In this document: positions 41,060 to 52,272 of the stretch, piece after piece
How positions within the stretch are numbered: position 1 is the first letter of the stretch
How the letters are laid out: each line of letters begins with the position of its first letter
Assembly: GCF_009914755.1 (NCBI RefSeq)
Contig: NC_060928.1
Source of the DNA: the human T2T-CHM13v2.0 reference genome, Homo sapiens
Direction: 5' to 3' (one strand)
Length of the DNA: 64,000 nucleotides
Position numbers and translations under genes: made by a program
The notes under the pieces: generated by a model
Seen by the model: only the letters and a program-made list of their open reading frames with translations
What the model was told of the DNA's origin: nothing
The model's database searches: none

Positions 41060-41353
41060 TGTTGTTTTTTTTTTTTTTTTATAAGAGACAAGGTCTGCCT
41101 CTGTCACTCAGGCAATCACAGCTCACTGCAGCCTTATACTCCTGGCCTCAAGAGATCCCCCTGTGTAAGCCTCCCAAGTAGCTAGAACTGTAGGCAAGCA
41201 CCAGCATGCCTAGCTAATTATTTAAAAAAATTTTTTTAGAAACGAGCGCTTACTAGTTGCCCAAGCCAGTCTCAAACCCTTGGCTTCAAGTGATCCTTTT
41301 GCCTTGGCCTCCCAAAGTGTTGTGATTACAGACATGAGCCACAGTGTCTGGCC
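41060..41353 (-). mobile_element. AluJ
   Basis: Poly(T), atcacagctcactgcagcct, ctcaagagatcc, ggcctcccaaagtg; small internal deletion. Confidence 0.92.
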
Positions 41354-41999
41354 TAAAACATTTTTAAAGTTGGGGAGAGTTAGATTAGACTGATAAAGGT
41401 ATATTAATATAAGATTTTATATTTTAAAAATCTTAGATACACGTCATGTGTGATGAACCATTGCTCCTGTGTTCTGTTTGATCTAAAAGCAAAGAACTTA
41501 CTTTCTTTGTGACTACTACTTTGGCAGACACATAATCCCAATTAACTTTGAACATATTTCCATTTTAGCAAATGTCATCCACAGTGCTACTGACTATCCA
41601 CATTCTGTATCTTTTTTCGGCTATAGGCTTATTGAAAAATAGGGTGGAGGTCTTTCCACAGTGTTTGTCTTTACATTTGTGACTAACAAATTCCTGGCCT
41701 ATAGCAATCACTCAATAGCTTATTGATGAAACAACCTTCAAATCGACTGATGAATGAATGAAGTGAATGGAGAATGGATAGGGTGACCAAATGAATGGCC
41801 CAATAGAGACTTCTTTTTGGAATAAGCTACACACACATTAAATATTTCTGTTGTTAGAAATATTCGGGAGTAGGTCACATCATCACTTGCTGGGAATATA
41901 GTAGCAGGAACTCAAACGTAAGGTAATCAAATAGATTAAAATTGCTTTGTAGGCTTCCTCCAAACTGAGAGCCCTTCATCCTATTTACTGTTAATAGCA

Positions 42000-42397
42000 T
42001 AAACGAATGTAACCTATCCGAGGGAGTTGTAGGAAGATATATTTTAGGATGATAATAAGCCCAACAACAATAACATACATTTGTTTCAAAGTATAAGTAC
42101 TTCCTATTTGCTGGCGGCATAATGGCCAGTTCTTGGTGACAGGCTACTATGCAACATAACACTTCATTTCAAAGGAAGAACATGGGGAATAGCGCATGGA
42201 GAAAGGTTGTACTCAGAGGGCCACTCAGTTCTGAGTGCTACAATGCCCACCAACCTCAGGAGGAGCACTTCCAGACAAGAAAGTACAATGGAGCCGTTGT
42301 CGTTAGAAGAAATGCCCTCCTCGTCTAGCCCCACAGTTAGAGGCCTGGTCTCGGCACAGTAGTTTCCCAAGATGGCCAGATGGATGGAGCTCATTAT
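42000..42397 (-). pseudogene. Possible degraded GAIN/GPS-like coding remnant (adhesion-GPCR-like); tentative
   Basis: After aaag| it reads IMSSIHLAILGNYCAETRPLTVGLDEEGISSND, then a frameshift, then RLHCTFLSGSAPPEVGGHCSTQN*VAL*VQPFSMRYSPCSSFEM. Spacing resembles the GPS motif, but the key W and C residues are mutated. Confidence 0.25.
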
Positions 42398-42729
42398 CTT
42401 TACAAAATTCCAAACGGGATAAATGGGACTTATTTCTTATTAATTCCCCAATGGAGCTACCATTGAGGGCTCTAAATTTTGTTATTTACAATCATCAAGT
42501 AAGCAGAAAGAAAAAGAGAAAAAAAGAGGAAAGAAAGAAAGGAGGGATGGAGAGAATCCATTAAGCAGGTGATCTATGATAAAGGCTTAGACAATGTGTC
42601 TTCAGGACATGTTGCTAGGGCCAACCAGAAGAAAAGGAATGCCAACATCATCACTTGCTACTGTCCCCCTCTCTCACTACCTTCTAGTCATTCTGTCCCT
42701 CTTACAGATTCTGAAAGACGATGATGTCA

Positions 42730-43070
42730 CCACCACAGTCACTGCCTTCCCTCTTCCTGAAACTCTCTACCACCAGGTCTTCAGTGGCTCGTGGCTCCAG
42801 CTCACTACTCAGGAGTCCATCTCAGTGATACTCTGCCAACCAAAGTACAGTAGCCTCCCCCCCACTACTGTTATTTTCAAACTTGATTATTTAATTGGGT
42901 CCTTCATGGCACTTGTCACGATTTGTGTGTTTAATCCATTTACTTCCTTATGTTCCACTTTGACCATTAGAATATAAGCTCCATGAGGGCAAGCAAAGTT
43001 TTGTGTTGTTCACTATGGCATCTCTAGTACTTTCTGCAATTCCTAGGATGTAACTGGGGTCCAATAAATA
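42730..43070 (+). mobile_element. L2 3' end relic
   Basis: ttagaatataagctccatgagggcaag, tgttcactat, ccaataaata. Confidence 0.7.
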
Positions 43071-44575
43071 CAGAAAGCAAGAGGAAGAAAAGGAAACAGA
43101 GGCTGAGGAAGAAATACTTGTAGCATTTATCTTATTTTATAAAAGTCTTCCATAATTTCATTCAATGTTCATTTATCAAGCAATTATTATTGACTGCAGG
43201 AAGCCACTACATTCTGTAGAACTGAACATTGTTCTATTCGTGAAAAAAGTCTTATGAAAAATACAGATGCCATATTTAGTAAATGAGTAGTATTTTGCTT
43301 CATTGTTATTGCAAAATCCTAAAAAATGCAGCCACATCTTCATTTCTTGACCCTTGATCTACAACTCTTTCTTTGTCTTGTAGCCTAAGAACTGCAGGAA
43401 ATAGAAATGAATCACTTTCCCACCAACTTCTATTTCTTGTTTTCTTGCCACGGGTTCTATTCACCCACTTAAGCATCTTAAGTCAATCAAATTTTTATAA
43501 CCAAATCTCCTTAACAAATGCAAAACTCACTTCCCACCAAACAACCCTAATTTAGCACAAACTTTAAATTTCAAAGGAAATTTGAACGTGTTTTGCTTTA
43601 AATGTCAGGACTAGATTTTCAGACGGAATAATTAAGAGGGAGGAGACACTTCCTTCCAATAAAATAGATTGCTAGTTTGTGGAAAGTACTAAGAATATTA
43701 TGTTTTTTTCCATATGCTACTAATGGGCATCCTGATGATCACATGAAGCTTGCTTCTTTGTCCTGATTGCCACGAAGATGAGAATATTCGCACTGAAATC
43801 CAAAGGATAGACATCCGCTCTTAAAAGGCAGATCTATCAGCTTGTGTCTTCTATTACGCCTGCAGTTTTCAAGTATCATTACTCATTCTCACAACAATCC
43901 ATAATCCCCTTGTCATGTGGATAAGGCTTGTGGATTATTTTTTCTTACTATTATATAATATGTCATATTTCTTACATAAGTAAGCAGTTTTTTAGAACAT
44001 GAAATTCTGTATTGTTTGGAATGAATGAGATTCATGCAGTTTTTGAAATGTTTTGGAAATTTTACTGAAACTTATTATGATTTTCCAGGTTTAATGTTTA
44101 GAATCTGATCATCATGACTGAAAAGTTATGTTATAAACTGATTTATACAGCATAATTTTCCAATTCATTGAGGGTGAAATTAAGCTCCAAAAGTGCCAAA
44201 AGCTTTCAAGATGCCAGAAAACAAATAAAAAGCAGATCTTTGGAAATGTTTTTGCCCAACACAAGCATTTTTCACACTACATCCTATCTTCTCTCCCAGG
44301 CTGTTTTCTGAAGGTCCTCCCATTTCTCTAATTATGTCAGAGAAGGCTTCTCAGTTACTAAAATGTACTGTCCCTCTTCAACACTTAACCCTAATGTATT
44401 TTTACAGAGGGAGTAAGCGGATGGGTTTCTGCCAGCACCAGGGAGCTATAAACAGTTCCCACAGGGGGTGAGAGACAGGGTCTACATAAAGCTTCCATCA
44501 AAACTGTAAATCCCAAATCTGTGAATGCAGAGGTTTTCCACATTGAAAAGTGTGATTGTGATCTTTGTGTCTTAC

Positions 44576-44665
44576 CAAGAGATGTGACATTTAATAACTT
44601 TAAATATCTCCAAAGACTGACTTCAAGATCAGTGATATTCTCAGTGAAGTAAATGCACCTGATAC
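44576..44665 (-). other. Candidate 90-nt phase-1/phase-1 exon with an open frame
   Basis: ccctccatggttgccacAG| acceptor and TTG|GTAAGA donor. Encodes (G)IRCIYFTENITDLEVSLWRYLKLLNVTSL with NIT and NVT sequons. Confidence 0.35.
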
Positions 44666-45066
44666 CTGTGGCAACCATGGAGGGCACACACACACAAATT
44701 ACATTTGGCTAAATTACAAAAGCTCTTCTTCTTTTTATTTTTCATTTTTCTTCATTTTAAGATGTTCGTTATATTAGGAAACTAAGCCATGTATAATAAA
44801 TGCTTTTGCTTTAGAGAGTGTGAGCGTTCATTTGAAGACCACTGAAAAAACTGGATGAAATCAAACAGTCAGGAATACAGGCTAAAAGCCCTGGTCTTAA
44901 TTAAAGATCTACTAAGCAGCAAGCTATTGACATCATTGCCAGCTTCAGGACAAAGATAAAGTACAAATTTTTTTAAAAAGAGAAAACTGACTTTGTGTAA
45001 AATATAGACTCTAGACACAAAATACATAGAAAATGCTGTCCTTAAGAGTAGATGATAATGGCCTGG

Positions 45067-45432
45067 TGTCTTAGTCAGTTTGGGGTTCTATAACAAAAGT
45101 ACCACAGATGAGGTGGCTTAATCAACAGAGATGTATTTGTCATAGTTCTGCAGGCTGGAAGTCTGAGACCAGGGTTCCAGCACGGTCAGGTTCTGGTGAG
45201 GACTCTCTCCCTGGTTTGCAGTTGGCCATATTCTGGTTGTATCCTCACTTGGAGGGGCGCAGAAAGAGTTAGCTCTCTGGTATCTTCTTACAAGGACACT
45301 AATCTCATTCATGAGAGTTCCACCCCCAAGACCTAATCACCTCCTAAAGGCCTTACTTCAAACCACCATCACATTTGGGATTCGATTTCAATGTATGAAT
45401 TTTGGGGGAACACAAATATTTAGTCCACATCA
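45067..45432 (-). mobile_element. MLT1A-like MaLR solo LTR
   Basis: tgtcttagtc, gttctgcaggctggaagtc, gacctaatcacctcctaaaggcc; perfect TSD CCTGG (45062-45066 / 45433-45437). Confidence 0.93.
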
Positions 45433-45884
45433 CCTGGGGACAGGATGCTCCAAAGAGATTTTGAATGATGAATTTCACCCTTCCCCCATTTACCTTCCTA
45501 AATTGTTTCAGACACAGAAACTTACGAAAGAAAATGAATATTTTCTCTTTAGTCATTGTCATGCTTAAGGAAATTATGCTGAACTCATTTGCATGAAGAT
45601 GATTCAGCCTTCTGAATGATTTCCTTAACTAACACAGTTATTATTATAGATGAGGTTATATAACTGAAAAGCTTAAAAGAGGTTGTAACCATCCTTTATA
45701 TATTCTAACTCATAAAGAAAATATTGCTGATGATTGAAACCAGTTGATTTTGCAGAATATTTGCTGATCATAAAAAGTCTTTGAAATTACTTTTTGAATT
45801 TCCAATGTAAAGTTGGGCCAATGAGGAAAAAGAAACTTCTGGTAAAACTTTCTACCTAGTGTTTTATCATTAGTTGTTCAACTA

Positions 45885-46110
45885 TGATAGTTCATATTTA
45901 TGTAACACTTACTATATGCCAGGTATTGTTCTGATTCTTCTTCATTATTTCATTTTATTGTCACAACAACTTTATGACTTATGTATTATTAGGTATGATT
46001 ATTATCACCGCTTTACAGAGAAGAAAATTAAGGCAGAGAGAAGTTAAGTGACTTACCCCAAGGTCTCACAGAGCTGGGATTCAATCTTTGCTCTTAAACT
46101 CACTAAACTA
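45885..46110 (-). mobile_element. MIR SINE relic
   Basis: cacttactatatgccagg, tttacagagaagaaaattaaggcagagagaagttaagtgacttacccaagg. Confidence 0.85.
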
Positions 46111-46820
46111 AACTGATTCTGAATAAGGATAAATACAACAAGTTTAACACTCTGACTCATACACAGAATAACTTAAAGAAGAGTAAGGGAAAACTGGTGC
46201 AGGCCACAAGAATTACTCATGGAGGTCCTCTGTGGAACATTATGCAAAGTGTGTTGGATAATGTTTATCTTTTAACAACCAAAGTAGAACTGGTGACTAA
46301 ATTCTCCCTGTGCTTAGACTCATACGATTCAGATGCAATAAAAAATGAGTCAAAACTTCAGGTTTGTATTTCCATAATAATGTTGCACCCAAAGCCTTGT
46401 GAACACAAGAAGATAAAAGGAAACTAGAAAGAAACAAGACTTTCAAAAAGACTAGGACACATAAGGGTGATTAGGAGCCACTCTCCTCAACCGTTTTCCT
46501 TTGCCCTCAGGTGCAATCATGCCAGAAGCAGTTAATTCTATACCCTCCCCTTTGTTAATTTCATATTTTGTATGCTCTGTGTCATTGCATTCACCATGCT
46601 ATTATAACTGTCCACACCTTCTGAAGGGCTTCTGCTCCTGCTCAGAGCTGGCCTACAGCTACTGTCTTCATGACTCACATAACTGCTCAAGGCTTTGCTT
46701 CCTCATCTCCAATCTGAAACTTCTATCTCACTGAGCTTTTTTGGTCTTTGGCTTCACATCCAGTTTAGCTCTTTTTATGCAGTCACATGGATCACCTGTC
46801 AAGTTTTACTTTTACTACTA

Positions 46821-47353
46821 CAAGTTAAGCATATCGAATCTGAAAACCTGAAACTTGAAATGCTCCAAAATTCAAAACTTTTTGAGCATCAACATGACAC
46901 AATGACAAGTTAGCCTGAACACACTACTTTTTCACTATATTAATGGCATGTCATATTTTTATTGCTAAGTATTTATACGTGAATGAGTGTAAGAAAATGA
47001 TTGCTTATAGGTACAATATAAATTTAGAGTCAGGAGTGACAGTGATGCCAAACAACCACAGGTTATCCACACAGGTGGCTGAGATAGTGACACTTTTGCT
47101 TTTCCATGGGTCAATGCATGCAAACTTTGTTTTATATACAAAAATTATTTAAAATATTGTATAAAATTATCCTTGGGCTATGTATATAATGTGTATATAA
47201 ATCATAAATAAATCTCATGTTTAGATTTGGGTCCCATCCCCAAGATATCTCATTAATTATGTATATGCAAGCATCTCAAAATCTGAAAAAAAAACATCTA
47301 AATTCTGAAACACTTCTGATCTCAAACATTTTGGATAAGGGATATTAAACCTG
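46821..47353 (+). mobile_element. Tigger4/Zombi-type TcMar DNA transposon deletion derivative
   Basis: TA TSD on both sides; inverted termini caagttaagcat / atattaaacctg; gaaatgctccaaaat and gggtcccatccccaagatatctcatta. Confidence 0.85.
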
Positions 47354-47821
47354 TACTATTAATAGCTACCTGAAGGCATTGCATTAGGTACTCAACACTC
47401 ATTTACCACAAATGTAGATCAACCATGCAAGGCAGGAGCTATCATCCCTATGATCCTAATACACAAGGGAGGCCAGAGGTTTCTCTTGGGGAGTGACATT
47501 TGAGCTGATAGCTTAAGTACGAAAAGGGTTTCAATTTGTGAATACTAGAAACAACTACCCTAGGCAGATGGTTCAGAACATGTAAAGGTTTTCGAGTAGG
47601 AAAAAACCTAGAACTAACAATAAGCTAATGTGGCTAGAGAAAAACCTGTGAGGGACAGAGTAGCAGAGTGGCCCAAGAAGGGACCACACAGGCCAGGCAA
47701 GACCGAATAATGCTGGCTTCATGATGTATTTCCTCCACTCAACTATGTACTCAGTAATGCCATAGACCGTGTTTCCACGTTTGATTCATGTGGGCTCCCA
47801 GAGTCTTGTATATTTGCTCAC

Positions 47822-47981
47822 CCTTAGTGTTAGTTTGAATATTGGTTTTGGAATTGCTGGTGGCATTGATGATGAATTTGTTGTTGGTATCCACAATGGA
47901 ATTGGTGGTGGTATTGGCGATGGAATTCTGATGGGATTGCTGGTCACATTGATAGAGGCATTTTGGTAGTACTACTATTCA
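47822..47981 (-). pseudogene. Frameshifted exon-like remnant encoding an Asn/Thr/Ser-rich, N-glycosylation-dense repeat
   Basis: tgtgtttctactctAG| acceptor and AAGG|GTGAGC donor, with 12-nt periodic AAT codons. Restoring two 1-nt deletions gives 162 nt, phase 1-1: NSSTTxNASINVTSNPIxNSIANTTTNSIVDTNNKFIINATSNSKTNIQTNTK. Confidence 0.5.
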
Positions 47982-48696
47982 CTAGAGTAGAAACACAGTG
48001 AATGTCTACTGATGATCACCCCCTAAATGAAGACCTGTCTTAATGCACCGTATGTTATAATTCACATCATTCAGACGCAAATGATAGTTAACACTGAAGC
48101 CTAGATGAGAAGGTGAAAAGCAATTAAAATGTTTCACCTGGTTTTATTAACATGCTTGACCAGAGGCAGACTTAAAAATTTGGAAAAGCTGAATTTAAAT
48201 AATTTATATTCCTTAATGACCACATCCCCAGCATAATTCTTTCTGTACTTCTGGAATATGCTCTAACTCTTGTGTAAATACAGTCTGACTCTCCTTGAAT
48301 CCCTTAAGTGTGATGTCATCTGGGAATGTTCTTCATAGAAATAACAGATTTGAAGAGCCTAAAGACCAATTTTATATTTTATTAGTAATTTGGTATTCAT
48401 CCAGATGGGGAAAGGGACCAGAAAATATCCCCTTTCATGAGAATGTTATAAATCACAAATTCCCTTAAAAATCTACAGGCAGCTTCATACCAGATACTAC
48501 CACAAGGATGAGGAAGACACAGTCCCTGAACTTTGTATCCATCTAATGATACCACTTACTCAGCACCACATACTTGTATTAAGCACATCATGTCTATTAT
48601 ATTATTTAATCTAATGGAAATGTTATTATTCCAATTTTATACTTGAGGAAACAGGCCTAGAGAACTGTCTTTCCTCTTGGGAAAAGCATGCATTTA

Positions 48697-49187
48697 TGTC
48701 AGCCAGACCCCGATGGATTTCAATAGTGATGGTACAATGTCCAAGAAGCTGAAGAAGAAACCCAAAGCCAGAGAATGAAACATAGGGTTTATTAAGAAGA
48801 CTTACATACAGGGCAGTTCAGTAGTGGCAGGGTAGACAAGAGAACTGTGACCACTTGTAAAAAGCATGCAGTTTATATAGCATTTTAACTTAGCTTTCTC
48901 TTCCAGCAACCTCCACCTGGCAACCTTCATTTAACCCAAAACAAACAGCCTAGATACTCTGTATGGCCTGTGTTCCAAGGGACGGGCTGGAGGTTCAGAT
49001 GTTCCTCATATATAAGGAATGAATCCCTGGGTTGAACACTCTTGCATTTCTTAGATGTTCCTCATAGATAAGGAATGAATACCTGGGTTGACCATTCTTG
49101 GATTTCTTAGACTCCCCATAGGGTCTAAGAATAGAATTCAGGGTATGCTTAAATTAAGTGACTGCTGTCAGGTACATCTGCCATACA
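48697..49187 (-). mobile_element. LTR47-like ERVL solo LTR
   Basis: The minus strand begins tgtatggcagatgtacctgacagca..ttaagcataccctga; TATA and AATAAA are on the minus strand; ends CA. Confidence 0.75.
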
Positions 49188-49949
49188 ACTTGCCATTCAT
49201 GAATCTCACCTCCCCCCTTGCTCCTTGGATCAAGAACCTGGGAAATATTTAAGTATTGCTTAGTACATCAATGAACCTTAAAACTAAGGATCCAGGGTCT
49301 ATGGGTGAGAATTCCATAGGAAAGTTCCATAGGGTTCTTCGGATCCCTAAGAAACGAGTCAGCGACAAAGAAACACCTGAAGGATAGACACCAGTGATGA
49401 ATCTGAAGTACATATGGGCACACCCTCTCTGAGCAGGGTGACAGATTTTTACCAGTGTATTGTGTAGAGTGAGGCCAGGACTTGGAGGGAATGGAAGACC
49501 TGTCTAAGTGCACAGGGTCTAACAATGATCAGTTAACATCAACGAGTAAACAATTAATTCATTAATCATTTTGTGTTTTTCTCATAACATTTTGTCCAAA
49601 GGAATTTAAAGCAAAAATCTGTATCAAATAAGAGAAAACCATTTGCTGAACTCTACCAATAATTCTTTTATGCCTGGCTCACCGGTTTCTGAAATTCTAC
49701 AATCAGAAAGTTGTCCCTTTAAATCAAAGCACTATCCTTAGAAATAAATTAGGAATTCCTAGGCATGGTATAATGTAGAGTAAATTAATTTGCCTCTGTC
49801 TCTTTTTCAGAACGGTTTTGATTAATTGAGAGTTGTGGTAAGAATTATAATTAATAAAGAAGGGGAAAGTTTGGAAGGGAAAGGCTGGGGGTGATTTCTG
49901 TCAACTTACAGTTTAAAAATTACAATGTGAAAATCTCTGGATTTACCGA

Positions 49950-50480
49950 GGTACATCCCTAATTGAAATACGTACATGCTTACCAAAGATATGTTCCAGA
50001 CTGTTGAGAGAATGCTGTTGTCAATAGCTAAAAAACTGAAACTGCCAAATTTTCCACCAATACTAGAATAAATAAAATAATTGTTGTATATTCATGCAAA
50101 GAACCAAGGGTAAATTAACTATTGCTACATAAAACAACATGGATGAATCTGACAGATGTCAGATGTCATGATCAACAAACAAGGTCTACATGAAAGAGTT
50201 CATATTAGGTGACTCGATTTATCCAAATACAAAAAAAAAAAGGTGAATCTAGGCTATGCTGCTAGAAGTTGGGATTGCGATTACCCTCACAGGGCAGGGC
50301 AGTTAGTGACTGTTGTAGAACAATAGGGAAGTTTTTGTGGTGCTCATTAGAGTGTGTATGTTTGGTGTGTGAAAATTTCTGGGGCTCTACATTAATGACA
50401 TGGCCATTTTCTGTATGTATATTATGACTTTAAAAAAAAAAAAGCAAAAGCAAAAAAGTAAAAAAAAAAAAAAAAAAAAA
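49950..50480 (+). mobile_element. Old L1 (L1MD/ME-type) 3' end with A tail
   Basis: gtcaatagctaaaaaactgaaa, aacaacatggatgaatct, ttttctgtatgtatattat, then poly(A). Confidence 0.75.
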
Positions 50481-50675
50481 CTATTGATTTTGCATCAGAA
50501 GTCTACTTAAAAAATTAGGTCCCAACAGGTTATACAATCTTAGGTGATCACTTAACCTCTATAAGTCTTAATTAAGTTGTCTATAAAATAGATGCCAATC
50601 AAAACCGATTAAAATAGATTACAAATTGTAATATGCTTTGTAAATTATAAAGTTCTGTACAACTGTTAATTATTT

Positions 50676-50865
50676 AGACCAGTGGTTTACAACTCTTGCT
50701 GTGATTAAGATTCACCTAAGAAGATTAACAGGGGCAACAAAATAGATATGTTATTCCCACTACCCTACAGATTTTGATTTCCTAGGTCTGGAAAGAAGCC
50801 AGTGCATCTCTATTTTCAGCAGTTCCACAGGCGATATAGCCACAGCTTTGGGCCATTGATTTAGA
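50676..50865. mobile_element. MER5-like hAT relic
   Basis: cagtggtttacaactcttgctg, agattttgattt..taggtctgg, gcatctctatttt. Confidence 0.55.
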
Positions 50866-51961
50866 AAATATCTTCTTATTTCAAAAGTTAATACCCCATT
50901 TCGGTTTTGTTTCTGAGATCTGAATAACTCATCTACATTTTGCCAATCACAAGTTACAGACACAATGACATTTCAGGTAACCTAATGCATTTAGATAACA
51001 AATATCTGACGAGTAAGCAAGAGCCTTAATGAGCAAAAAGATATTTCATATTAAACCAGGCACCCAGAAGCAAAAATTGTGTGTGTGTGTCTGTGTGTGT
51101 ATGTGTGTAAAACTCACAAATAAATTATAAGGGCAGAACGCCTTCCTAGTAATATCCAAAGCCTGAGTACATGCCATTGCATATCTATGCCAGAAATCAT
51201 GATCCAATGTATGCTTTGGTTTTATTTTCCCTCCACTTACGAAATGAACACCAGATGTCGAAACAGTTTTTTATAACGTTTCTTCTGACATCCTTTTCAT
51301 GTTTTTAATAGTATGTTGTTCCAACGATGAGGCTTCTTGGACTTATAAAATTGCTAGACCTCAAGAAGTATATCAGTTCCCATCAATGAGTAAAATGTAT
51401 AAAATCTTAATGGTTTGGAGTTTTTCTTTGAATCCCTATGATATTCAAATTGCATCATTCATCTCCCCCTAATTTTCTCCTTAGACAAATTCATTACACA
51501 CAAGAAAGAGTTCAGAGCAAAGCAATCCAACATTTGCAATTTACTTGTGTACATGTTGCCCCAACAGTAGATACTGAATAATGGTTGAATTTAACAGATT
51601 AGTCCTTTTGAGACTAGATCATTTCCTATAGCCAAAAATAAGATACTAGATTTTATGTAGCCCAGTTGTGGAGATGCAGTTAAAACCAACTCTTCCTCAA
51701 ATACATGAAGCTGTAGTTGCATGGTATTTTTATTGGCCAACATATAGTTTTGTAGTGGATTACATCTGAACTGAATTTTCAGTGCTGCTGTGTGCATATT
51801 AAATGCTTCCCTTACTTCCTGCTTTAGGATCCTAATTAGCATTATGCATAACCTTGAAAATAATCTAGTCCAGTATCATTCTACACTTTTATCATATATA
51901 TGCTATGGAATAATCTGTCACCTAGATCACATACTGAATTTTTTTTTAAATAAAACAATGA

Positions 51962-52272
51962 GGCCAGGCAGGGTGGCTCAAGCATGTAATCTTAGTCCTT
52001 TGGGAGGCCCAGGAAGACAGATCGCTAGAGGTCAGAAGCTCAAGACCAGCCTGGGAAACATGGTAAAACCCTGTCTCTACTAAAAATACAAAAAAAAATT
52101 AGCTGTGTGTGGTGGCACGTGCCTGTAGTCCAAGACACTTGGGAAGCTGAGGCAGGAGGATCACTTGAACCAGGAGGTAGAGGCTGAAGTGAGCCGAGAT
52201 TGAGCTACTGCGCTCCAGCCTGGGTGACAAAGTGAGACCCAGTCTCAAATAAATAAATAAATAAATAAATAA
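51962..52272 (+). mobile_element. Alu (Jb/old S) with (TAAA)n tail
   Basis: Full dimer; TSD AAATAAAACAA[T/C]GA. Confidence 0.95.

Noticed and set aside
47769-47969. Plus-strand 66-aa Gly/Ile-rich hydrophobic ORF (GIGGGIGDG)
   Set aside because: It starts at GTG and is the antisense reading of the 12-nt repeat. The splice signals bracket the minus strand instead.
49277-49499. Two small minus-strand exon candidates upstream of the Asn-rich exon
   Set aside because: Donors are weak (GTTCAT, GTAAAA), lengths (100 and 47 nt) are not phase-compatible, and no signal peptide is evident.
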